A DNA stretch of 64,000 bases from an uncultured Chloroflexia bacterium (GTDB lineage: Bacteria > Chloroflexota > Anaerolineae > CG2-30-64-16): the NCBI GenBank assembly GCA_963810095.1, contig CAWEMM010000009.1:64001-128000 (forward strand), in the 5' to 3' direction. Position numbers and translations under genes: made by a program. Position 1 is the stretch's first letter. Each line of letters begins with the position of its first letter. The notes beneath the pieces were generated by a model. It did not search any database. It saw nothing but the letters and a program-made list of their open reading frames with translations, and was not told the origin of the DNA. This document shows positions 1 to 7,792 of this stretch, piece by piece.

Positions 1-672
1 ATCGCGGGCTGGGAGGACTACCCGGTTCAGGGCGGCGGCTCGGAACCGTTCCTGATTTATAAGGACCTGCGTGGGCAGGAGCAAGCGATGATCGACCTGG
101 TAGAACACCCCGAGATCGTCCATTACTGCCTGGACAAGCTGTTCGACCTGGCCTATGTGAACACCGAACGGATCCTGGAGACGATACCGGGTAAAGTAAC
201 GTATTGCTACGTGGCAGAAGACATGGGCGGGCAAAGCAACTTGATGTTTTCAAAGAAGCACATCCGCACGTTCCTCCTCCCGCGCATGAAGCGCATGATC
301 GACCTCGCACACGACGGCGGCGCTTACGTCTTCCACCACAACGACGGCAACTGCCGGGCGATCCTCCCCGATCTGGTCGATGCCGGGATAGACGTTCTGA
401 ACCCGATACAATGGCGATGCCAGGGGATGGACCGCGCGACACTAAAGGCTGATTTCGGCTCCAAGCTCGTCTTTCACGGTGCAGTGGACAATCAGCAGAC
501 CCTGCCGTTTGGCACAGCGGAACAGGTGCGCCAGGAAGTGGCGGACAATTTGCGGGTCCTGGGCAGTGGCGGCGGCTATATTCTCGCGCCGTGTCACAAC
601 ATCCAGCCGGTGACCCCGCCCGAGAATGTTGTCGCGATGTACGAAGCGGGGTACGAGCTTGGCTGGATGTGA
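1..672 (+). CDS. Uroporphyrinogen decarboxylase (URO-D/MtaA)-fold protein, 5'-partial
   Basis: Frame open from base 1; motifs AEDMGGQ, HHNDG, DVLNPIQ, FHGAVDNQ, GGYILAPCHNIQ. Confidence 0.85.
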   Translation: MAGWEDYPVQGGGSEPFLIYKDLRGQEQAMIDLVEHPEIVHYCLDKLFDLAYVNTERILETIPGKVTYCYVAEDMGGQSNLMFSKKHIRTFLLPRMKRMIDLAHDGGAYVFHHNDGNCRAILPDLVDAGIDVLNPIQWRCQGMDRATLKADFGSKLVFHGAVDNQQTLPFGTAEQVRQEVADNLRVLGSGGGYILAPCHNIQPVTPPENVVAMYEAGYELGWM

Positions 673-683
673 GAAGGATAGAG

Positions 684-2921
684 ATGCACGACTACAACCT
701 GAGATGGCATGAGCAGAGCCGCCATTCCGGCGAGTCCATGCCGTTGGGCGGTCATAGCATCGGCTGTAACGTGTGGGCCGAGAACAGCGAGCTCTTGCTG
801 TACTTCCAGCAATCCGGCTGCTTTGACGAGAACGGTTCCATGCTCAAGGGCGGCCGGCTCCGCATTGCGTTCGACTCCAACCCTTTTGCCGGCGGCTTCC
901 TGCAGGAGCTCATTCTCCAGGACGGTCACATCCGCATCGAGGGTCGAAGCGACCGGGGAAACATTAGCATCGTACTCTGGGTTGACGTGCGGTTGCCCGT
1001 GGTCCATATCGACCTGTCTGCCGAGTACGCTCTATCCATGCGGGTGCAGTATGAGACTTGGCGTGACGAGGACCGGCGTGTCGACAATCACTCCTACGAG
1101 CTGTTCCAGTGCAAAGAGGTCTGGGGCGATCCGGACAAGCCGGTGATCTTCCACAGGGACCAGATCGAGGTGATCGGACCGGGCGAGCTCCTCTTTTATC
1201 ACCGGAACCTGGATGACGACCTGTCGTTCGACCGGGAGATGGACACCCAGGGTCTCGGAGAACATAAGGCAAGCCTGTACAATCCGCAACGGGGCTTGAC
1301 CACAGGTGGCTTGCTGAAGGCGCCCGAAATGTACTTCGCAGGCATGGTGCGGGGCACATCCGTCGATACGCGTTATCTTGCGTATGCCTTCGAATCGGTC
1401 TCGCCGTCAGCCGAGCAGAGCATCGCGATCTATCTGCTCGCCGAGCAGGCCAGCACGCTCGAGGAATGGCGTGAGCACCTGAACTCGATTGTGGCAAGCA
1501 GTGACGCGACGAGCCAGACGGCTTTCGAGGACTCGCGCGCCTGGTGGCGGGAGTATTGGGAGCGCAGCTTCATCCGCATCAGGCCTGACGAGGCGCAAGC
1601 AGACGACCGGCTCTGGCAAATTGGCCGAAACTACCAGCTGTTTCGCTACCTGATGGGCTGCAACGACGCTGCCATCTGGCCGACCAAGTTCAATGGCGGC
1701 TTGTTCACGTTTGATCCCATCCTCGCGGGTAAGAGCCCGTGGTCGGACATCGAGCTACACTACACCCCGGACTACCGCCTCTGGGGCGGTGGCTCACACA
1801 CGGCCCAGAACCAGCGTCTGCTCTACTGGCCGATGCTCAAGAGCGGGGATTTTGCCCCCATGCGCCAGCTTTTCGACTTCTACAATCGGACGCTCAAGAC
1901 TGCGCAAACGCGCGCCAGGGTATTCTTCGGGGTGGACGGCGCGATCTATCCCGAACAGATCGGCATCTACGGCCTATGTCCGACCTGCGACCACGGCTGG
2001 GGCAACGAAACCGGCCTGCCCGTCGCGCAGATCCGCTATCACTTCTCGACCGCGCTCGAAATCAGCCTGATGATCCTGGACTACGCCGACTACACGGGAG
2101 AGGACGTTGCGGAGTACGTGGAATTCATGGACAGCGTCGTGAAGTTCTACGATGGGTTCTACCCTCGTGACGACGATCGGGGCCAGATGGTGATCGAGCC
2201 GGGCAACGCACTCGAAACGTACCATCCCGTCCGGAATCCCGTCGACGCCGTGGCCGGCCTCGAGTGCGTACTGCGCCGCCTGCTCCTGCTGTCCTCAGAG
2301 GCTATCTCGCCAGAGCGGAGGCAGAACTGGCAGCGTATAATGCGACGCGTTCCGACCCTCTCGTTCCGTGAGAAAGACGGGCGCAAGATCATCGCGTATG
2401 CCGAAACCTCGTCACCGCTGCACAACTGCGAGGTCCCCGAGTTGTACACGGTCTTTCCATTCGGCCAGTTCGGGCTCGGGAAGCCTGACCTACAGGTAGC
2501 CAGGGACACAGCGCGCTTTGCACCGGAGACGGGCGAGCAGCTCACCCATATCAGTTGGCACCAGCAAGGCATCCAATACGCCCGCCTCGGGATGCTTCCC
2601 GAGGCCATGGAGTTCCTATTCCGCAAGCTCGGCGACGCCGAGCAGCGGACTCCCGCGTTCTGGGGGCCGGGCCATGACTGGACGCCGGATCACAACTGGG
2701 GCGGCTCGGGCATGATCCAGCTTCAGGACATGCTGCTGCAGGCCGAGGGGGACAAGATCTATTTGTTCCCATGTTGGGATAAGAGGATCGACGTGTGGTT
2801 CCGGCTCCGGGCCCCAGGGAATACCATCGTCGAGTGCCGGCTGAAGGGAGGCGCCGTCGCGCAGTTGACGGTGACGCCTCGGGAACGACTGTCGGATGTG
2901 GATATCCTGCCGGAGCAATAG
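684..2921 (+). CDS. DUF5703-like / GH95-like (alpha/alpha)6 glycoside hydrolase
   Basis: ATG 684 after AAGGA; ESMPLGGHSIGCNVW, RNYQLFRYLMGCN, PTKFNGGLF, DYRLWGGG, PAFWGPGHDWTPDHNWGGSG. Confidence 0.7.
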   Translation: MHDYNLRWHEQSRHSGESMPLGGHSIGCNVWAENSELLLYFQQSGCFDENGSMLKGGRLRIAFDSNPFAGGFLQELILQDGHIRIEGRSDRGNISIVLWVDVRLPVVHIDLSAEYALSMRVQYETWRDEDRRVDNHSYELFQCKEVWGDPDKPVIFHRDQIEVIGPGELLFYHRNLDDDLSFDREMDTQGLGEHKASLYNPQRGLTTGGLLKAPEMYFAGMVRGTSVDTRYLAYAFESVSPSAEQSIAIYLLAEQASTLEEWREHLNSIVASSDATSQTAFEDSRAWWREYWERSFIRIRPDEAQADDRLWQIGRNYQLFRYLMGCNDAAIWPTKFNGGLFTFDPILAGKSPWSDIELHYTPDYRLWGGGSHTAQNQRLLYWPMLKSGDFAPMRQLFDFYNRTLKTAQTRARVFFGVDGAIYPEQIGIYGLCPTCDHGWGNETGLPVAQIRYHFSTALEISLMILDYADYTGEDVAEYVEFMDSVVKFYDGFYPRDDDRGQMVIEPGNALETYHPVRNPVDAVAGLECVLRRLLLLSSEAISPERRQNWQRIMRRVPTLSFREKDGRKIIAYAETSSPLHNCEVPELYTVFPFGQFGLGKPDLQVARDTARFAPETGEQLTHISWHQQGIQYARLGMLPEAMEFLFRKLGDAEQRTPAFWGPGHDWTPDHNWGGSGMIQLQDMLLQAEGDKIYLFPCWDKRIDVWFRLRAPGNTIVECRLKGGAVAQLTVTPRERLSDVDILPEQ

Positions 2922-3047
2922 TGATGCGTGCCCCTTATACTCTCACAGGCTTAGGAATCAGGGGATTGACAGCGGGGATACGCCGTGCAACTTGTTCAAC
3001 TTTGTTATACGGCGCGGCACCCATGCCAACTCTCGCGAGGCTCGACG

Positions 3048-3180
3048 GTGCACTACAAGGCGGATTGGCAGCAGACCAAAGAACGCTTGCTCGTTTTCGG
3101 AACCGCGACGCACTCGACCGCCGTGGTCGTCCACGCGCCGCGTAAGGCATCCAAGCTGCCGCCTTTCCCCCAGTTGCCGT
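3048..3180 (+). pseudogene. 5' remnant of a URO-D-fold protein gene
   Basis: GAGG plus GTG, then VHYKADWQQTKERL; with small indels it reads F.NRDALDR.VVVHAPRK, resembling the N-terminus of URO-D-fold proteins (from memory); no continuation. Confidence 0.4.
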
Positions 3181-3252
3181 CGATCTCCTCCACCTGCTCG
3201 CTCCGCTGTCCGTCCGTCGCAAGGTCAGTTAGTGCGGTGATTACGTGTCCGC

Positions 3253-3258
3253 TATAAT
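3253..3258 (+). promoter_or_regulatory. Putative -10 box for the DoxX/radical SAM operon
   Basis: Perfect TATAAT in a GC-rich intergenic region about 130 bp upstream of the ATG at 3391; no clear -35. Confidence 0.35.
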
Positions 3259-3390
3259 AGCGGAACAATCCCCCTGGAAATCCGTCCGGGTCCCGCGCTT
3301 GTCCACGGGTGCATCCGCTGCAACGGCAACGATGGTGCGCGTATGGCGGCGTCTGGAAAAGGTTCGACCGCTGTGCAAGGAGGTGGGCGA

Positions 3391-4065
3391 ATGGAGCCAT
3401 TGAAACCAGCTTCCTGGGAAGAGTTTCTGCGCAAGACCACCGTCGTGATTGGGCGACTGGGCTTGGCTTTGCTTTTCCTCTCGTCGTTATCCTGGAAGAT
3501 GCCTCCGCGCTACGGCTGCGGGCCCGGCCCGGGGTTCGCGTTCACCACGGCTGCGGCGGATGGCACCCTGATCCGGACGAGTGGCTTGTGCGACTGGATC
3601 GGTATCGAATCTGTCTACGCACAGCGCCCCCGCAAGTTCACTGCATCCTCTGATCAAGGCGGCGACGGCCTCCTCGCTGCGCCGGTTGGCCTGCTCCTCA
3701 GGCTGAACGGGGCGTTCGTGGACGGCATCGTCAAGCCCAACTTCAGTTGGTTCGGCTCGGTGATCTTCCTGGCCGAAGCTTGGATCGCCCTGAGCCTGGG
3801 CTTGGGCTTGTTCACGCGGCTGGGCGCGTTGGTGGCGCTCGGCATGTCCGCCCAACTGGCCCTGGGGATCGGCGGCGTCTCAGATCCGGCCACTCAACTT
3901 CAAGAATGGGTTTGGAGTTATCTCCTGATGGCGCTGCTGGCGCTTGTGCTCCTGGGCGCAGCGCCGGGCCGCGCGCTGGGGGTCGATGCCTGGCTGCGCC
4001 CCAGGCTCGCGGCAGCCCAGGAACGCGGGAGCCGGTTGGCCAGGGTACTGCTGGCACTCACATGA
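3391..4065 (+). CDS. DoxX / TQO small subunit (DoxD)-like membrane protein
   Basis: AGGAGG RBS; several TM segments, SLGLGLFTRLGALV, EWVWSY, GRALGVDAWL; Cys pair in the extracytoplasmic loop. Confidence 0.7.
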   Translation: MEPLKPASWEEFLRKTTVVIGRLGLALLFLSSLSWKMPPRYGCGPGPGFAFTTAAADGTLIRTSGLCDWIGIESVYAQRPRKFTASSDQGGDGLLAAPVGLLLRLNGAFVDGIVKPNFSWFGSVIFLAEAWIALSLGLGLFTRLGALVALGMSAQLALGIGGVSDPATQLQEWVWSYLLMALLALVLLGAAPGRALGVDAWLRPRLAAAQERGSRLARVLLALT

Positions 4066-4129
4066 CGGACCCCCGGATGTGCTGGGTACTACTGGCGCTG
4101 CGTCTTGCGAAACTCAGTAGTCTTCACGG

Positions 4130-4986
4130 GTGACTGAACGGAGAGAATGCATGGGGTTGCCAGATGTCGGAGGGGCGCCGAACGACCAGAGCAGCAGTGC
4201 CGCGGCCTTTCCCTGGAAGCTGTGGCTCTACACGAACTACGACTGTAACCTGAGCTGCAGCTATTGTCTCTCCGAGTCGAGCCCGCGTGCCGCTCGCCGC
4301 GGGCTGGATCTGGCGACGGTGCGGCAGGCCATGGACGAGGCCGTCGCGCTGGGGTTCGAACACGTCTTCCTGACGGGCGGCGAGCCGTTTCTTCTGGACG
4401 ACGTCTATGCGATGTTGGCCTATGCGTCGGCCCACTTGCCGACAACCGTCCTGACCAACGGCTGCTCTCTTGCGGGGCAGGCGGCTGGCGCGGCTCTGCG
4501 CGATTGCCAATCCCAACCTGACGATCCAGGTGAGCCTGGACGGCGCGCGACCCGAACACCACGACCCCTATGCGCGGGCCGGGAGCTTGGGCCGCAGCGG
4601 TTGAGGGCATCCAACTGCTTCGTGAGCACGGCTTTCACGTCCGCATCGGTACCACGGAGACGCCCGTCAACGCCGCGCACCTCGACGAGCTGGCAGCGTT
4701 CCTCTCCTCCCTCGGCATCGCCGAAGAAGATCATATCAGCCGGCCGGTGGCACGTCGCGGCTTCGCCGCGTCAGGGCTGGAAGTCGGCATCGATACCCTG
4801 ACACCCGAGCTAACCCTGACCGCGGTGGGGGTTTTCTGGCATCCCCTGGCTTCGCCCTCCAGTGCGGACATGCTGATCTGCCCGCAGATCTTTCCCCTCG
4901 CAAGGGCGGTCGCACGCGTCCGGCAGGAACTCCTGACACTGGCTCAAGCTGGCAAGGATCAGCTGAAGACCGTCACCTGAGGCTAA
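4130..4986 (+). CDS. Radical SAM protein, frameshifted near 4465 and 4570; candidate C-terminal selenocysteine (..KTVT-U-G*)
   Basis: CNLSCSYC (CxxxCxxC), LTGGEP, VLTNG, QVSLDG..HD.RGPG. TGA 4978-4980 then GGC TAA; ends at 4980 if TGA is a true stop. Confidence 0.8.
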
Positions 4987-5017
4987 CGCACGGCTTCCGG
5001 TGGAAGCCAGGGTGAGC
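4981..5017 (+). promoter_or_regulatory. Putative bacterial SECIS element
   Basis: GGCTTCC-GGT-GGAAGCC (4992-5008) starts 11 nt after the TGA, with a G-led apical loop and no U-tract; weak lower stem 4982-4987/5012-5017. Confidence 0.6.
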
Positions 5018-5103
5018 AGCGGGAGCAACGGGCCGTGGGACGCACGATCCTGCTTGGGTTTCCGGTGGGCGTAGCGTCGTGTGGAAGCGGGTGCTGTGCA
5101 AAC

Positions 5104-5778
5104 ATGAGTGGCGCGCTCCTGGTGATGGCCAAGCGGCCGGCGGCCGGTACGACGAAGACGCGGCTGACCCCCGCGCTCTCGGCAGAACAGGCCGCGGCGC
5201 TTTACGAGTGCTTTCTGCGGGATGTTCTCGACATTGCACGTGCCGTACCCGCCGTGACGCGTACCATCGCCTATCCGCCTGCCGACGGGCAGCACTACTT
5301 CCGGCAACTGGCCGCTGATTTCGAGCTGGCGCCGCAGGTCGGCGCAACGTTAGGGCAGCGCCTGGCTCATGTCCTGGGCGAGAGCCTCGGCCGCGGCCGG
5401 ACGCCGGCCGTCGCGCTGAGCAGCGATAGCCCGACCCTGCCGGTCGAACACGTGCGACGGGCCTTCACCTGGCTGGCCGAGGGCGATGTAGACGTGGTGC
5501 TCGGCCCGTGCGCAGACGGTGGGTACTATCTGATTGGCGTGACCGTCCCCCGACCGCACCTGCTGCTCGCCGTGGAGATGTCAACCCCGCGAGTCCTGGC
5601 CGACACACTGGCCCTGGCTGCCGAGGGTGGGCTGAAAGTGGGGTTGTTGCCGGCCTGGTACGATGTGGATACGGTTGCAGACCTCGCATGCCTGCGAGCG
5701 GACCTGGCCGCGCTGCCCCCTGCCGTCGCCCGGCACACCCGCAGTCTGCTGGCAGCCGACCCGACGCTTCCCCGGTGA
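5104..5778 (+). CDS. DUF2064 / TIGR04282-like GT-A transferase (rSAM/selenodomain-associated transferase 1 type)
   Basis: MAKRPAAGTTKTRL, QVGATLGQRL, SDSPTLP, VVLGPCADGGYYLIG, WYDVDT. Confidence 0.85.
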   Translation: MSGALLVMAKRPAAGTTKTRLTPALSAEQAAALYECFLRDVLDIARAVPAVTRTIAYPPADGQHYFRQLAADFELAPQVGATLGQRLAHVLGESLGRGRTPAVALSSDSPTLPVEHVRRAFTWLAEGDVDVVLGPCADGGYYLIGVTVPRPHLLLAVEMSTPRVLADTLALAAEGGLKVGLLPAWYDVDTVADLACLRADLAALPPAVARHTRSLLAADPTLPR

Positions 5779-5782
5779 TGAG

Positions 5783-6466
5783 ATGCAAATTGCCGTGATT
5801 ATCCCCGCCCTGAACGAAGCCGGCAACATCGCTGACCTGGTGCGGGAGACTCTCGCTCAGGGGGTGGTTGACGTAATCGTCGCCGACAATGGTTCGACGG
5901 ATGGCACTGCCCCGGCCGCGCAGAAGGCGGGCGCGCGGGTGGTCACCGAGCCCCGTCGCGGCTACGGGTATGCCTGTGCCGCTGGAGCCGCCGCAACGAC
6001 TGCCGACGTGTTGGTCTTTCTCGACGGCGACTACAGCTCCCTGCCGGCTGAACTAGACCGGCTGTTAGCGCCCCTGCGCGACGGTGAGGCGGACCTGGTG
6101 TTGGGCTCCCGAACCTTGGGCCAAATCGCGCCTGGCGCCATGCCGTCGCACCAACGCTTCGGCAACTGGCTGATGGCGCGCGCCATGCGCTGGCTTTATG
6201 GCGTGCCCGTGACCGATCTGGGACCTTATCGGGCCATTACGTGGGCGCTGCTGACCGGATTGGACATGCGTGAAATGACTTTCGGTTGGCCGGTCGAGAT
6301 GATGGTCAAGGCGGCTCGCCACCATGCGCGGATCGTCGAGGTGCCGGTCAGCCACGCGCCGCGGCGTTCCGGCCGGTCCAAGGTCGGTGGCAGCGTGCGC
6401 GGCTCCGTTCTTGCCGCCTACTACATTGTGACAGTCATCCTGCGTTACGCGTTTACCCGCCCCTGA
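5783..6466 (+). CDS. Glycosyltransferase family 2 (DPM-synthase-like)
   Basis: VIIPALNEAGNI, VADNGSTDGT, RRGYGYAC, FLDGDYS, TDLGPYRAI, SKVGGS. Confidence 0.9.
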   Translation: MQIAVIIPALNEAGNIADLVRETLAQGVVDVIVADNGSTDGTAPAAQKAGARVVTEPRRGYGYACAAGAAATTADVLVFLDGDYSSLPAELDRLLAPLRDGEADLVLGSRTLGQIAPGAMPSHQRFGNWLMARAMRWLYGVPVTDLGPYRAITWALLTGLDMREMTFGWPVEMMVKAARHHARIVEVPVSHAPRRSGRSKVGGSVRGSVLAAYYIVTVILRYAFTRP

Positions 6467-6540
6467 GCCGTCATCACCCCAGCAGGTCAAGCCGTTCCAG
6501 CCACGCCAGCGCATCGAGCAGTAACACCACCCAGAAGTAA

Positions 6541-6598
6541 GTATCTATCCGAGAATTAGCTGGGGCCGGTCTCTGACCGTGCCCCGTCTGGCAGGGCG
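6541..6598. repeat. Partial copy of a REP/MITE-like structured repeat
   Basis: 6541-6592 is the exact reverse complement of 46986-47037 (57/58 to 6598); contains the GGGGCCGGTC-TCT-GACCGTGCCCC hairpin. Confidence 0.85.
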
Positions 6599-6683
6599 AC
6601 GGCAGGGTCGCAATGATCAGGAAGCGCAATCGTCATTCCGGCATGTCGGCGGATATCGTCTTATCATGACCGTGTGAGGTGGT

Positions 6684-7784
6684 ATGGAAGCGATTGCAGT
6701 TGTGCCTGGTACGAAAGACGTGCGGCTGGTCGACCGCCCCGAGCCGTCTGTTCGGGCGGATGACGAAATCAAGGTGCAGATCTGCCGGGTGGGCATCTGC
6801 GGGACGGACCGGGAGGAGGCCGCCGGCGGTCGCTCCAAGGCGCCCCCCGGCCAGAAGGACCTGGTGATCGGGCACGAGAACTTCGGGCGGGTGGTGGAGA
6901 CCGGGAAGGCGGTCACACGCGTCAGGCCCGGCGACTATGCCGTGTTCACCGTCCGCCGCAGTTGCGGCAAGTGCCTGCCGTGTCGCATGGGTCGCTCGGA
7001 CATGTGCCTGACGGGCGACTATACGGAGCGCGGCATTTGGGGGGCGGACGGCTACCAGGCGCAGTTCGTGGTTGACAAAGAGGAGTACGTCGTCTGCGTC
7101 CCCGCAGAGCTGGAGCCGGTCGGCGTACTGACCGAGCCGCTCAGCATTGGCGAAAAGGCCATTCAGGAGGCGGTGCGGGTGCAGATGGCCCGCCGCCCCG
7201 ACTCGCTCGCCACGCCCGAATGGCTCTTCGGACGGCGTTGCCTGGTCGCGGGGCTCGGCCCCGTTGGCTTGCTTGCGGCGCTCGCGTTGCGCTTGCGGGG
7301 CGCCGAGGTTTGGGGGCTCGATATCGTGGACGAGAGTTCGGCGCGGCCCCAGTGGCTAAAGGCCATCGGCGGTCAGTACGTGGACGGTCGCCAGGTCAAG
7401 GCGGACCAGGTGGACGACAAGCTCGGCCCGATGGAGTTCATCTTCGAAGCAACCGGCATCGCCTCCCTGGAGTTCGACTTGCTCGATGCGCTCGGCGAGG
7501 GCGGCGCGTATGTCCTCACCGGTATCCCCGGCGGCGATCGCCCGTCGCAGGTTCAGGCGGCCAGCCTGATGCGGGAGTTCGTCCTGGCGAACAAGCTCAT
7601 GCTCGGCAGCGTGAATGCGGCGGCGGGTCACTTCCAGATGGCGGTGGACGACCTGGCGCAGGCCCGGCTCAAGTGGGGCGACCACGTCGCCACGCTGATT
7701 ACCGATCGTGTGCCGCACGCTAAGTTCCAGGAAGCGTTGGACAGGCACAATCAGGATGAGATCAAGGTGGTGGTGGAGTGGTGA
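6684..7784 (+). CDS. Zn-dependent glucose 1-dehydrogenase (MDR family)
   Basis: VGICGTD, GHE, FTVRRSCGKCLPC, ERGI.GADG, GLGPVG, GSVNA. Confidence 0.85.
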   Translation: MEAIAVVPGTKDVRLVDRPEPSVRADDEIKVQICRVGICGTDREEAAGGRSKAPPGQKDLVIGHENFGRVVETGKAVTRVRPGDYAVFTVRRSCGKCLPCRMGRSDMCLTGDYTERGIWGADGYQAQFVVDKEEYVVCVPAELEPVGVLTEPLSIGEKAIQEAVRVQMARRPDSLATPEWLFGRRCLVAGLGPVGLLAALALRLRGAEVWGLDIVDESSARPQWLKAIGGQYVDGRQVKADQVDDKLGPMEFIFEATGIASLEFDLLDALGEGGAYVLTGIPGGDRPSQVQAASLMREFVLANKLMLGSVNAAAGHFQMAVDDLAQARLKWGDHVATLITDRVPHAKFQEALDRHNQDEIKVVVEW

Positions 7785-7792
7785 GGTGATTC

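Noticed and set aside
2966-2980. TTGACAGCG matching half of the LacI operator at 44782
   Set aside because: The second half-site is absent and there is no correctly spaced -10; compatible with chance or a lone -35
4063-4140. Sec read-through of the DoxX TGA
   Set aside because: No well-placed SECIS-like hairpin, and the extension does not look protein-like
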